A stretch of 64,000 bases of DNA from Epiperipatus broadwayi (lineage: Eukaryota > Animalia > Onychophora). A model generated the notes under the pieces. It saw nothing but the letters and a program-made list of their open reading frames with translations, was not told the origin of the DNA and did no database searches. Numbering within the stretch: position 1 is the first letter of the stretch; the number at the start of each line of letters is the position of its first letter. The position numbers and the translations under genes are program-made. Shown piece after piece: positions 37,254 to 50,652 of the stretch. The stretch lies in the NCBI GenBank assembly GCA_028023455.1, contig JAQFVV010000002.1, positions 26,722,001 through 26,786,000 on the forward strand, read 5' to 3'.

Positions 37254-39281
37254 TCACATCTAATAATATACCATCATCACAAATCTTCCAACAAATAGTA
37301 AATAAATGGCAACTAGAAGGCTATTGCTACGGATTAATTCATTCATGTGTTTCAATTCTGTTCCCAAACTACGATGTCCAATTATATTTCCTTTCCATTT
37401 TTAACTTCTTTATTACATTGCCAGAAATAATTTTTTTTTTTGGATGTCATCAATTTCCACTTAAACTTAATCATAAGCTTTTAAAACTTCATCTATTTGA
37501 GTTGCTGAATATAAACTACTTTAAAATTGAACCTACGTCAGCTGGCTATTATAAAAATTATAACACTGACAGATTTTTAAAATTATTATCTTCAGTATAG
37601 TAAGCCCATTATTTCCTGTTCGCAGCCTGAATGGCATATTATTAATTGTGGAAAGATAAACTTAGGTGATAGAAACAATGATATGTTAAAAAAAAAAAGA
37701 AGTTAAGAGATGGATCACTAACCAGTGACCACTTAACTTTGAATAAAATGCGAAGAACAGAGTGAAATTTTTCTTCTCAAATATTAGTACAAAAAATGGG
37801 CTCCATTTGAGGTAAAATAGTATGCAAAAGAAAATTCATTTCCACACTTAAAAAAAAATCTTACGTTTCTGGGGTGCAATTTGGCAATTAAGTAAATTCA
37901 GAATGGCCAATAAGTTTATCATTTTATACAATTTATATAAGTCATAATATATTTAAGCACAAAGGAATGAACTTCCTTTTTAGTCCTTATCCTCCAATTC
38001 CATCCCTATCTCTTTCTCCTGATCTTCCTCCGCTATTCTATTTTCTTTCTTTTCTATTATTCTTTTCCTTTCATCTTGTCATGTACAAAATTAAACAGGT
38101 AGATCTAGACTACGAACCAATAATGCAGAACTGGGTCAGTAGAGTTATTTCAAAATTTCAGAAAGTGAAATCCATAAATAATAAATTATGCAGTGAACCT
38201 TTGAGGTGATCAATTAATGATGTAATGACTGTAACCCTAGTAGTTAGAAGCACCAAAAGGATTCCTTGTTAAATGTCTGATAAAATAATAATGCTAAAAA
38301 ATAGTGTCTACGTCTAGGTTCACAAATGGTACCCATGTAAACTTCACTTCTGACAAAAATTAAGCAAAGAAGATAGTGAAACTATTAATAAAATTTTGTC
38401 AGAAATTCAAAATTTCTGTTCTTTATTCTGCTTAATCATGAAATCGACAATAGTTGCATATATTCATAAAACATCTACTGTTAGAGTCAGCAGAATTTAC
38501 ATTGATTCTTGAAAACAAAAAGCAATTGAATTGATAATATAGAGACAATTTTTTTTTTTTAGAGTATACTATATAATCATTCAAGAAAGATCCTTTAAAA
38601 AGAACCATCAAATAATGAAAAACTTTATAAAGAATTTGATTCAAATTAAATTTTTCAGTAAAATTTATGATATTATTTATTTGGTGTATGAATTTTTGAC
38701 AATTTAATTATTAACAAAATATCATAAAAGAATCTGTAGAAACTTCAACTAGACGACAGAATCATTGATAGTTTAATAAGACTTTCAGTCCACAATTACA
38801 TAAATCAGTGGCTGATAAACTTCATTTATGAAGTAAATGAGCGCAATGACCATGGGTTATCCTGTTGAGACTCCTGTTACATGTAGAACGATCAAATCCA
38901 GCTGAATTTATTGTTGGACATGGGACATTTGTTGAAACATAAGAATTCCATTTTTTATATCACAATTCATCAATTATAAATTCTTGATTTAATATCCAAA
39001 AGGGGTATAATGATTTGAGACGAGTCTTAGGTGGTGAAACTATACCTAAAAATTCATGATATTTATTTCACATTTTCTCTTTGTTTATTTTTTTCAGTTA
39101 AATTAGTGTTTACAGGTAATTTAAACTTATGCCAATTCAATGGTTAAGTTTTCAATAGAAATCCCAATAATATGAACTTACAAATAATAAAAAAAGATTC
39201 ATGTAATCTAATTTCTAACAGAAATTCAATTATTCTAATCAGTAAAATTAAATCTAATAAAAAATAAAAATCAACCCTTAC

Positions 39282-39476
39282 TTTGAATATTCTATAGAAT
39301 CTTTCATATGAGAAAGATGGCTTAAATATGTTGTTTTGATATTGGAAAAATTTTCATGAATTTCTTTCAGTAACTTCACTGGTTCAACTTGAAGAATCTT
39401 AGCAATCGGATTCTTTTCCGTCAGTTGAAGCTTAGACAATTCTGTGGTAATAATGTCATCAATCATTCCATAACCA
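39282..39476 (-). CDS. RPAP1: RPAP1 exon
   Basis: Phase 2/2: GYGMIDDIITTELSKLQLTEKNPIAKILQVEPVKLLKEIHENFSNIKTTYLSHLSHMKDSIEYS; phases match both neighbours. Confidence 0.85.
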
Positions 39477-39842
39477 CTACAAAAAACACACATATAGATC
39501 AGGCCAATGGGCAAAGCTCTTTTTCTATATGACATCAAAGTGCTAAATTTTATGTAATGTGTGCTAACAGACAATCAATAAAACACTAACATGCACTCAT
39601 ATATGTATTCAATGCTGAAAGATATATTTTATATTAATAACAACAAATCATTTAATTCTCAGACCACTATTCTCGTGTCATCTATAACCAGTAAATTCCC
39701 AAACACTTTATTGCATTGATATCCTCATTCTCAAACTGGTTTCTAGATTTTGTCTTTATCAATGAGGCTTTGATATTCAAAGTTAGAAGTAACAGTCAAG
39801 CAACTAGAAACCACATTTAATTCCACTTTCAAACTAAAAATT

Positions 39843-40028
39843 TTAACCTTCCCAGATAGCTAGGGGAATAAAGTTTCTATAGTTCATAAAGAATTGAGAA
39901 TACTAAAGTAAATAGAAACTGAAATATGAACCAAAGTCAATTTTCAGTTCAGTTTTTATATACTTTAGTATTCTCAGTTCTTTATGAACTATAGCAACTG
40001 TATTCCCCTAGATATCTGGGAAGGTTAA
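39843..40028. mobile_element. Foldback MITE (~85-bp arms)
   Basis: TTAACCTTCCCAGATA.CTAGGGGAATA.AGTT.CTATAGTTCATAAAGAA.TGAGAATACTAAAGTA mirrored at 39960-40028. Confidence 0.7.
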
Positions 40029-40084
40029 TAATAATAGCAAATCAATTCTCCAGCTCACACCATTAGATAAAACAAGAGCACTTC

Positions 40085-41040
40085 CCTATTCTAATGCCAT
40101 CTATCAAAAGTTGATTAATATTTAAGTTGATTTGAATTCCAAACCTTAAGCTGATTTAAACTTAGGTTTTAGCTTGAATAAGAAAATGAAATTAAAAGTA
40201 ATTGCTGGGTGCTTAACTGTATTACATACAATTCTGAATCTCAAAATATTATTGATAAAGGCAAAAGCCAGAAAACAGCCTGAAGATGGAAATTTAAATG
40301 CAATAAAGTGTTTACTAATCATTGATTACTCTAGCTTACAACAGATGGCATTACAGTAGGAAGCTGCTCTTGTGATTTGAAGTTATCATTAACATTCCTA
40401 ATTAGAGGAATAAGATGTCTACAGTTAATGAATTGGCATCAGATCTATATAATTGTTCAAGCAGGTTTTCAAGTTATTAGTTTGATAGGCAAAATTGAGT
40501 TAAAGGTGACTGTTAGATATTAATCTAAACTATTCTCACCTCTGAATTACAAAACTTCAGTCACAAAATTAAAATCTAGAAAATGGTCCGAGGATGAGGA
40601 TTTAAATGCAATAAAGTGAATCACCGATTAATCAAATGTAAAATTGATGGTACATAAGTATGGAGATGCTCTTATTTTTATCATACTGTGTAAACAGAAG
40701 AATTAAGGGATTTGATATTTATTATTGACATTCCTAGTGTGAGTTATCAGATGCCTACAGTTTCATGTAAAATTGAGGATACTAATATATATATATGTTG
40801 AACTACAGTCATATCTATATAATTTTCAAGTAGGTTGACTTGAGTTAAAAACCTTAAGCTGATTTGAATGTCAGGTGAAAGTTAAAGGTGAACCGCTTTA
40901 AAACATTGAACATTAAAGCTTCATCGATAAAGTCAAAAGCCAGAAATTGGGACTTAAATGTAAAATTAAGTGTCCGGTAAACACTGATTATTCAAGTTTA
41001 TAGTAAATGACATTAGAATAGAGAGCTGTTACTAATCTTA
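40085..41040. repeat. Three diverged direct repeats (~340-370 bp period)
   Basis: Recurring blocks AAACCTTAAGCTGATTT (40141, 40849), AAAAGCCAGAAA/AAATCTAGAAA, TTTAAATGCAATAAAGTG (40293, 40602), AGATG.CTACAGTT, ATCTATATAATT. Confidence 0.55.
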
Positions 41041-43818
41041 TATTTATTGTTGAGTTTTATTCTACAAGATGTTAAAAATCTTTACCTAAGTAATTTTTGT
41101 GCATTTTGTAAAAATTTTAACTTTTTTTTTCTTTTTAGAAATACTTTAAGCAAATTAAATTCTTTTCTCTGATTTTAATATTGTAAAAGTGTTACTGTAC
41201 TATTCAGTCTTCCAAAAATTACAGATAAATAAATTCTATGTAGGTGGATAAAATATTGCTTTTATATTTATTATATTTACTGTTCCTTGAATAAGAGAAT
41301 TTTCATAGAGAGAGTTGCTTTCAGTAATAAAATATTGTGGAATAAAAATTTTTGATTGGAAATAAAATTAAACTAAAGTGATGAAAATAAAATTTAAATG
41401 AATTAAGGTAAATAAATGATTTTAAAATTCATTATCCAATAATGAAATTACCAAAAAAAAAAAAAAAAAAAGAATAATCAGATGGTTTACTGATCTGGAA
41501 TTTGTAAGAAGTTAGAATATTGGAAGTATTGAAGCTATGTCACAATCCATGGACTTTGAGTTCCAGAATTTACCATTTTTCTACTGCATCAAACCATTAA
41601 AACAGTACCAATCATATTGGTAAGAATTGAAAAAAGAGGCTTATTAAAAAATTTTGTACAAAAGAGAAGCTTAGATGATTTAAGAAAAGAAAGATGAAAT
41701 TGTAGGTGTGATGCCATATAGATATGACTGAAAATTGAAAATATTAATTGGAAAGATAGGATTAGCATTTAGAAGCAAACACCATTTTTTCTGTTTCAAA
41801 TTTCATTCCTTTCTATCTACTGCATTCTATCCATATCCTTAGACCAATTTCTGACCTATAGCCTTAGAGACGTTACCTAATTATTATAAATAATGAATCT
41901 CATATATTTAAATCTTTTGGATCTAATCATTTTTATGCACTAGCCAGTTTCTATTCTGCCTTTTCATTATCAAGCTATTGGACATAAATTCAAAAATATT
42001 TTAATATTTTGAAATCAAGCCAACTTGCTAACATAGTTATATTGATCTGACACCAGCACAATATCCATACCTTATGTGTCCTGAGTTTTATAAGGCATCT
42101 TTATCCTCTGGATAGATTTGCCATAAAATTTAAAAAAAAAAAAAAACATCATTTGATCTCCAGGATTAGAATTAATGAATTGAAAAGGCAAGCAAATAAA
42201 AAGAGATTAATATGATGACTACCATATATTTATTTCTCAGTTTTACTGCTTGGTAAATGATCAACCTGCCATATCCTAGACTTAGGTTCTAGTCCAGATT
42301 GGACAAACCTAAAAAAATTTTCAGGTCATGATCAGGGTTACAATTTTTTTTTAACTGGTCTATAGCTAATCAAGTGATTTATCAATAAATATTTAAATAT
42401 TATTATCTGCAGAGGAATAATTGCAAATTAATCTGGTGGTCAGGTGACTGACAATGCACTTATAGTAAAAACAATTTAAAAAAATATAATAGACTTCATC
42501 ATTAGTGGGGAATGTGTTTTACTCCTTTGGGTTAAAATGAACCCATGATTTACTTATTTTTCAAATACTAAAAAAAAGTGATTGGTGAAGTAAAGGAAAA
42601 GTAGAAATACTCTATGCCTCACTTGAATCAAACAAGATTTCGTGATATACTTGACAATACTTTTTTGTCCAAGCTTAATATAGTCAATTCATGATTGGTG
42701 CTATGTCTAGCTAATCTAAGAGTGTACTTCCCATGAGTACAAATCAATACTAACAGTTAATATTTAGGTAATTCTTTCCTTATGATCCTATTTACGTACA
42801 TACAATCATTAACATAAGAAGGCCCGGAGGTATACATAAATAATAATTTAGATCAGTATGACCTGTAAGAGTCCTAACTGGCTGTTCTCATGTTCAGAAG
42901 CCAGATCTCTGCACTTGAAGTCACTGTGCCAAGAGTGACATGCTGCTCCAACATATATATCCGTGTACACAGATAAAGCTCCAAGAATCAAGTATCCTTT
43001 TGTTCATCCCATTAGTACTAAGGCATTTACTGTTTAAATCCTTGCAATTGATTGGCTAATACTTTGTCCATCCACATCGTTATCTTTCTTTAATTAATGA
43101 GTTATTTTTATAGCTTGTCGTTTATCTTATAAAGGAAATCTAACTCGAATTCCTTTGTTTTATTTCATTAATGATGTATTTTACTCTATTTAATTAGACT
43201 ATTATTCATTATAGAAAATAATATTTTTCTAATCTTAAAGTTATGTAAATCTTTTACTTACTAATTTTAAAAGAATCAGTCTTTAAAATCTTTAATTTAT
43301 TTAACTTACAACTTTTTCTCTCTATAAGTTTATACATATATATGTATGTGCATTTAAGCATACACATACATATCCCCCCAAGTTCAGAGATCAGTTTTTA
43401 ATCTCTGAACTCAGTACGTATTCATTAAGATAAGTGGGTCTTTTTATTTTTCTTTTAGCATGCTGTTGGTGTTTACATTCCACCTCATTTTTTATGTGTT
43501 CTTTCTTGTTAACTGGTTATCAGTGTCCGTTGAATTGAATAAGTCAGACACCACTTGGATTAAATATACAATTTGATTTATAGTCATTCTGTATGTAAAA
43601 CTATGAAATATGATTTGGATAAGATTTTCCATATCATTATTAACCAAATGTGAGAAGCATTTTCGTTTTATAAAAATTTTGTCTTAAGAATTATAACTCT
43701 CAAATTTATGATATTGTAATGCAGTTCACAATAATATAGAATGCACAGATATTAGTTATTAAACATTTTGTTTTAATTTGAGATTTATCATTGTTACCAA
43801 TATATATATATATATATA

Positions 43819-44356
43819 ATATTTAACACATCCTGCCAAACCTTCAGATACTTCAGCAATGCCCTTTGTAAATAAATATAAAATCTGAACTTCAAACAGC
43901 CAACTCAAAAGGATACTCTCTTGAATCGTATGTTGCAAACAATGTTATATATTGAAATTCAGACTTATTCAAACAAAGCACATGAAATAAAATGAGCAAG
44001 GATCTTAAAACTACTAGTAAACAAACATGTTTAACATCACATATAGAAAGAAAGACTACAACATTAGTCATTTTAAACTTTGCTATCTCCCAACATAAAT
44101 ATATAAGAAAATATATATTTAAAATGACTAATGTTGCAATCTTTCTTTGTATTCATGAGTTAAATGTATTTGTTTACTAGCAATTTAAGATTGTTATTAA
44201 TTTAATTTCATATTCTTTGTTTTAATAGATCTGAATTTCAATATATAATATCATTTGCAGTATACGATTCAAAAAATTATCCTTTGCATCAGCTATATTT
44301 ATTCACAGAGGGCACTGCTGAAATATCATAACATTTGGGAGGGAGATTTGAATATT
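43819..44356. mobile_element. MITE-like element with long diverged inverted arms
   Basis: 43819-43970 is a diverged reverse complement of 44228-44356 (TCTGAATTTCAATATATAA..TTTGCA..ATACGATTCAA..AGGGCA.TGCTGAA.TATC). Confidence 0.55.
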
Positions 44357-45424
44357 TTCTATTTAATTTTCAGCTAGCAATATGCATTGGAATATTTTCT
44401 TAAATATACATAGGTATAAATTTCCTCATTTATATTTATTATTTAATGTAGTAATTAAGGGTAACATTTCAGCGTAAAATCAGCGTGAGTATCCATATGT
44501 GAATGATACCTCGTTATGTTTTCCTAATTGCTGATCATGATTAATGATAGTCGATCTGAAATGCCTTGCAAGCTTAAAACAGACTATAGTAGTGACTTAA
44601 TAATTTTATCTTAACATATTTCTCTATCTAATAAGTATAAATATTAAAGATAATGATATAAATAGCAGAATGAATAAAATTAAAATTTAAGTTATATAAA
44701 ATCTACCTTTTCTGTTGAAATGTACATAACATTTAAATAATATATATCTATGTATTTGCCTATACACCATAACATCTAGCATACTCAAGCAGTTTAATAT
44801 TACATATAAATATATATTTAAACAGATTTTGGAATGCTCTCAAATGAAAATCTTCACAGATTAAATTTCCCATAGTCTGAACAAATTTGATTCGATTATT
44901 ATAAATAATTAAAAAAATATATAAATCAATGTCATAGAAAAATTCTTAACAAATGTAGTCAGACAATATTTTGATGAGTTCTCATTCATCTTTTTCATGG
45001 CTAAAGTATCATATAGAATCACTGAAATAGCTCTCATGGACATATTTGTTTCAAGAAACATGAGTGAAAACTTACTGGAACATTGGTTAACTACATCTGA
45101 GGGAAATTTTTCTATATGTTTGGCTCAAAGTTTTTTTGATGTCTTGTAACAGCTGATTTCTACTGTAACGGTATACATATGCCGTTACATTATTTTAAAA
45201 TTAAAATAAAAACGATCGTAAATAAAAATTGATTTTATTAAAAACTAAAAGCCAAAAATTAAAAGAATTATGTTAACATGTATATATCGCACAGATGAAA
45301 AACTTTAAAACTATTTTTTTTTTAAAAAAAAGTATTTGAAAGTATTTTTTTGTAAAAAAAAGTCAAGATTGATATTTTTGAAAATAGAAATAAATGATTT
45401 CTATCATGTTTAATCTTAGAAATG

Positions 45425-45502
45425 GTCAAGCATCGACAGCTGCTTTACAAGCAGTTGTCCCAGGTTAGCGGGTTCGCTTCCCAGCTAATGCTATGACACA
45501 TG
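45425..45502 (+). mobile_element. tRNA-derived SINE (family A), internally deleted copy with A-tail
   Basis: GTCAAGC..CAGCTGCTTTACAAGCAG..GGGTTCGCTTCCCAGCTAATGCTATGACA matches 1511-1612. Confidence 0.65.
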
Positions 45503-45869
45503 AGGAAAAAAAAATGGAAATGATTGTTTTATTAATTGATTGTTTTAAAGCAAACTAGCTCTTGGGGCACTTAAATCATTAAAAATATAAGATAAAAGAA
45601 TGAAAAAATTAGATTGACCAATGCAAGCACAAAGCCACAGCACGAACCGTAAATGGAACATTAGAGTCAGTGACATTATGCTAGATCGATCCCTTGAATT
45701 TCTGATAAGAGGACCATAAAATTATAAAAGGCAAAATAATTGTTGTTGCAGGATTCTGACTATTAAGCTATATATGAATGGTAGCTGTATTGCAGACTTC
45801 ACGCTGTAGGAGTCTTGCAATAGATTTAATTTCCTTTGTATGCACCAACCAAAACCTCCCTATGACAGT

Positions 45870-46040
45870 CCCTGATCAAATGAATGGCTTGTAGTGGTTA
45901 TGTCTCTAAAGAACTATTAGCAAACAACAGGATCAACAAGAGCTTCCATAAACTGAATGAAATCTGGAGGAGTCATCAAGATCAAAGGGAAAGTATAAAC
46001 TTTTACCAGTTGAACTTTCTTATAAATATATCTTCAATAA
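45870..46040 (+). mobile_element. Possible RTE RT C-terminal remnant
   Basis: GYVSKELLANNRINKSFHKLNEIWRS resembles the RTE ..RI.KA...F..L..IW.S motif. Confidence 0.35.
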
Positions 46041-46519
46041 GTAGTCAATCCATAAAAAAAAAAGTCACATAAATAAATGGACTCTTATCTGACCAATAAT
46101 AGAACTCTAAATCAATTATTATTTATTTTTATATAAGTTTGCTATTTCAATCATTTCCATTTTTCTTTTTTTGTTTATCTATTTAAGTAGGTTATTTAAT
46201 TTATCTGTTAACTAAAATGTATTAAATTTAAGTTGGGTTTAGATAGCTGCACAGATTCGTTAAGGTTTATATTAGTTACTTTTTAAGTTTTTTTTTTATA
46301 CATGAAAAAAAAAAAAAATCAGTAAATATGACACTTCATGCTGAGTGTCCAAACGTATTTATTCGTATATCTTTTAAGTTATTGTTGTCAGTGTGGCACC
46401 TTATGATGAATGCCATTGGGTTTACTTTATTGTAAATTTCCCTCAGCAATTCTCAATAATAACTTTATATTTTAATCGTTTATGTTTATTTTGAAGGGGT
46501 TTAATTTCAAGCTATTTGT

Positions 46520-46900
46520 TTCGTAGTTAGGTCGATGCTGGTGGAGGGATATATGGGTGTTTATATCTATGTAATGTGAAGCATGTTTAGCATACAGGGC
46601 AAAGCCCAATTGAATGCATGACCCAAAGATGTAATCAATTGCGTTGCAATGGACGCAGACGTATTTCCTGTGACATTGACCCCTTTTAGCTCTATGGATA
46701 GAAACTATAAGTCGGCAGATAGACTGCTCACCCCCATACATAGCATTTATTTTAGATATTATATGCATGATTCCTTTGCCAGACAGACGCACATTCTTGT
46801 ACTGGACGAGGATCATGTCCTTCAAATAATATCACACTGCAGACGCACATTCCTGACAGCTTGGTTTTATGCTAGCAACTTCATATTGCATTGGTTGCAT
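46520..46900 (+). pseudogene. Possible decayed GIY-YIG endonuclease of a Penelope-like element
   Basis: GGIYGCLYLCNVKHV*HTGQSPIECMTQ resembles VY...C..C...YVGQTGRS...R..EH; several differences are CpG-type changes; downstream is disrupted. Confidence 0.3.
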
Positions 46901-47250
46901 CTGTATATCAGAAAGCAGGCATTGGGTTGGCTACGAACTTTTAGTCCGAGGTTGAACGATTGTTTTGAAAAGTTTTTAAATGAGTAATCTATGTAGCTTA
47001 TCTGTACTCAACATTATAAAACAAACTTTTATAAACTGTCCATCTGTGCGGGCTTACTCCAAGTAATTTAAATTTAAAATTAATATTAAAATCTAAATGA
47101 GATAAATTTTATTCCTCAATTTCAAATATTTATATATGTGCGTTAATAAATGTTTTTTTGTGTGTTATTACTGGCAGTGGCTTATTATTTTTTTTTTTTT
47201 TAATATTAAAAATATATTTTTCAGAAGTATTTATTATAAATCTCTACATC

Positions 47251-47410
47251 GCCTTGAGCTAGTGGCTAGGGCTAACGGTCATTATAAAACATAAAATTGG
47301 ATCTTAGCAGTAAGTATCTGCCTACTATATAAATTTTCCAGGTTCGAATGGCCTGGTGGCGCCCTGTACGGCAGATACGGTAAGACTCTGACTTTCCCTG
47401 ACCGTTATAC
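47251..47410 (+). ncRNA. tRNA-like, GC-rich structured element (pseudo-tRNA or SINE head)
   Basis: GCCTTGAGCTAGTGGCTAGGGC (D-arm-like) and CCAGGTTCGAATGGCCTGG (T-arm-like); nested complementarities AACGGTCA/TGACCGTT and GTATCTGCC/GGCAGATAC. Confidence 0.35.
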
Positions 47411-47703
47411 TACAGAATACAAACAATTCCTTTTTTTGAAGAACATTCATGTGTATTCTTCAAAATATGTTTCAAATTAATTTTTTAGCCCTTAAAAATT
47501 CTTCATTGTAACATATAATACACGTAAACATATAAGAGATGAAAAAGTTTTATGAAATAATATAAAAAGAAGAAAGAAATGAAACGAGATGAGAGACTTC
47601 ATTTTGTAATATTGATAATAGTTAAAAATGAGAGTAGTATATAAAATATAACCACATACACAATTTACATAATATAATTAGAAGGTAAAAAATAATTTCT
47701 TAC

Positions 47704-47834
47704 ATTAAAAATTGTGGATTAAAAATAACAGTGCTCATAATATCAAAAAGTAAATCTTCATCCCCAGATTGCAATTCTGATACAACTGTGAGCGCCACCT
47801 TGTAGAATAATGAAAAACTTGAAAGATACTTCAC
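47704..47834 (-). CDS. RPAP1: RPAP1 exon
   Basis: Phase 0/2: VKYLSSFSLFYKVALTVVSELQSGDEDLLFDIMSTVIFNPQFL. Confidence 0.88.
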
Positions 47835-48154
47835 CTAAAAATTAGCACAAATAATGTTTGTTATTATTTAAAGCTGGATTATAAAACTTTCTGAAAAAAA
47901 TTATTTCTGGATGTAACAAAATAATAATAATATATATATAATAATATCATTAAAGTGCTTTAAAATTTTCAAATTACCAAACTAATTTTTTACAATTTAA
48001 AATTTGAAGAAGAAATCTAGAATTGTAATTAAGCAGACTAGAAATTATATCAGCCTGTTAAAGTATGATGAGAATAACAGTGGCGATATAATTCCAATGC
48101 CAATAATCACAGTGATCAGAATAACTATCATAGTAATAATAAACATGTCATTAC

Positions 48155-48307
48155 CTTGTAGCTAGCAAGCTTAAGAATAAAATATAATAAACGATTTTCA
48201 AATCTCATAAAGTATATTTTAGCCCGGGAACCAGAAGTTGCAGATATATGACAAACACTTGTCAAGTAAGACTGCATGGACGGCGCCAAAAGAATCTTTT
48301 CAAAGAG
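48155..48307 (-). CDS. RPAP1: RPAP1 exon
   Basis: Phase 0/0: LFEKILLAPSMQSYLTSVCHISATSGSRAKIYFMRFENRLLYFILKLASYK. Confidence 0.87.
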
Positions 48308-50456
48308 CTGAAACATATATAAAAAAATATAATAATTTTTCGTCATTATGCTAAACAGAGGTTGGAAAAATAATGAGAACATCTATATTTTTAATTCTTG
48401 CAATCTAAGATCATACTTGCACCAGAAACCTTTTGTATTCTGTGAAAGATGAAATTGTATAATATTTGAACAGTGTCTAGAGTAATATTAAGCTATATCT
48501 CATGCTTTCCGAAAAATATCTGTCTATAAAAGATTTTGATCTATCAGTCATTATTCAAAAAAAAAAAAAAAGTTCTTTAGAAACCCAATAAAATTTAATA
48601 TTATCTTATCATGTTCATCAAACCAATATTTGATTAAAGACGTTGTATAAATTAATATCACTATCAACTTGGAAGATTAAAATGTTTATATCAAGATATT
48701 CTCCTTTCCACAAATTTTCAAAAATATGTGCCAAAAGAATCATTTCAAATAGTTGAAATGTAAAAATAAAATTTTTCCATCATTATGCAATATGTAGATG
48801 TTGAAAAAAAATATCGATAAAACCTCTATAGTTTTAATTCATATGGTGCCGGATTATATTTAGAAAAGGAAGTGATAAATAAAATTATGTAGTATTTGAA
48901 TAATATTTAGAGTAAAATTACACCATTTCTTATGCTTTATAGAAAGTGTTTTTCTGTGACAGTAATTTATCAGTCACTGTTCAAAAGAAATGTTCCTCAG
49001 GGAATCAATAATACTTAAATCAGACCTCTGGAAATCTTATTTCATATCATCAACTTGGAAAATTACAATATTTGCATCATGGTATATTTTATAAATATTC
49101 AAAAAATAAGCGACTGTGTTACATTCACTCCAAGTAAAGATTACATCAAAAGAATACCATGATATAGTGACAAATTATGCCAGTTTCACCATTAAATTTC
49201 TCTCAATCAAGTTAAAATTATATTTCCAGGAGAGTGCAATATAAAAGTAATTAATAAAACTATATGCAATCATACAACATGTACTTTTTGACTATCTTTC
49301 TTCCAAAATTTCCACATCTTCTCCCATTTTTTTATTTGTATCAAAATTTCTATGATTTTTTATTACATTCAAAACAAAGTAATAATGAATGCCCAAATTA
49401 ATGAAAAAAAAATTCTATTTCGTCCAAACTTAAATATATGTGTGTATATTTATTCCAGCATTTTATTTGTTGTAGATTATTTTATCTAATAATAGATATA
49501 CTCTATTGCTAAAAGAAAAATAGTTGAATAAAATAAGTTTCTTGCTGTAGCGTGGAGAAGTTATGGTTTAGAGCATCTGAATTAATTTTGGAGAGACCAT
49601 TTTGCAGAAGATAAATAATAATTAAAAATGATGATATATATTTAAAACATAATTTTTATTAATATCTTTCTTTAACAAGTACAATATAATTATATGTATT
49701 TATTTATATCCATGTACTATATCTTATTAAAAATAATAACGTATTAATTTACTGTAATATCTTGAACTTTAAATCATTTCACATTATCACACTATAATTT
49801 TACTAACAGCTAAATACATCCATTTAAATTGACTTGTAATTTCTTATGTCTTTTTTTTAATTAATCAAGTTTACCATAATTCACATTCGTTACTTAGTGT
49901 ATTTTAATCCATCATGCCTCACATTGAATATTCAGCTTTTATAAATCCACTGAACTCATTGGGATATCATTGATAATCACCAAGTATGTGATGCACTGTG
50001 GCTTCTCCTTTATTGGAGTCAGGAATTTCTCAGCCAATATGCCCACAGAAAGCTGTTAGCCACCTTCCCTTCCCTATCCATTCCTAGAAACAATAAATAG
50101 TAATTTTTGTAACAAAAAAATGCTGTAATTCTATTTGACGATAGATTTTTTTCATATTGAACTATCTAGAACAACAACAACCCGAGAACAAACTTAAATC
50201 AGACTATGTATTTTAATGTAAATTGATTTTGAAATGACTGAGATTAATTTTACACAGCAGATATATTATGCTCATTTTTTAATACTCCGAACCATTGGAT
50301 AAATGTAATCATGTGATAATTAAAAATATATTTAATAGATGAATAGTACTCTTTCGCACACTCTCTCTTCATATATATATATGTACACTTGTGTTAAAAC
50401 AAAGATATATATGGGTGAAAAATTTTTACATTTATAAATATAATTAGACAGGGTAC

Positions 50457-50652
50457 CTGATGATTAAGACCTTGGTAAACACTTGTAAATTTGAGTAAAA
50501 GATGAAGTAATGACGTTACTAAGTTAAATGGTGTATGCTCTTCAATTAATGGACATATTTGTTGCTGATTTAATATAGAATGCATTATGGGAAGGTTTTG
50601 AGGACTTCGATTAGACAATTCTAGTGATTCTGAAGCTAATATAGAGAACGAT
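50457..50652 (-). CDS. RPAP1: RPAP1 exon
   Basis: Phase 2/0: SFSILASESLELSNRSPQNLPIM..HTPFNLVTSLLHLLLKFTSVYQGLNHQ (RPAP1 PF..LT.LL.LL...H.GL motif). Confidence 0.88.

Noticed and set aside
38700-39050. Possible hAT transposase C-terminal remnant (TPVT..VERS)
   Set aside because: Requires a frameshift inside the only motif; too degenerate to call.
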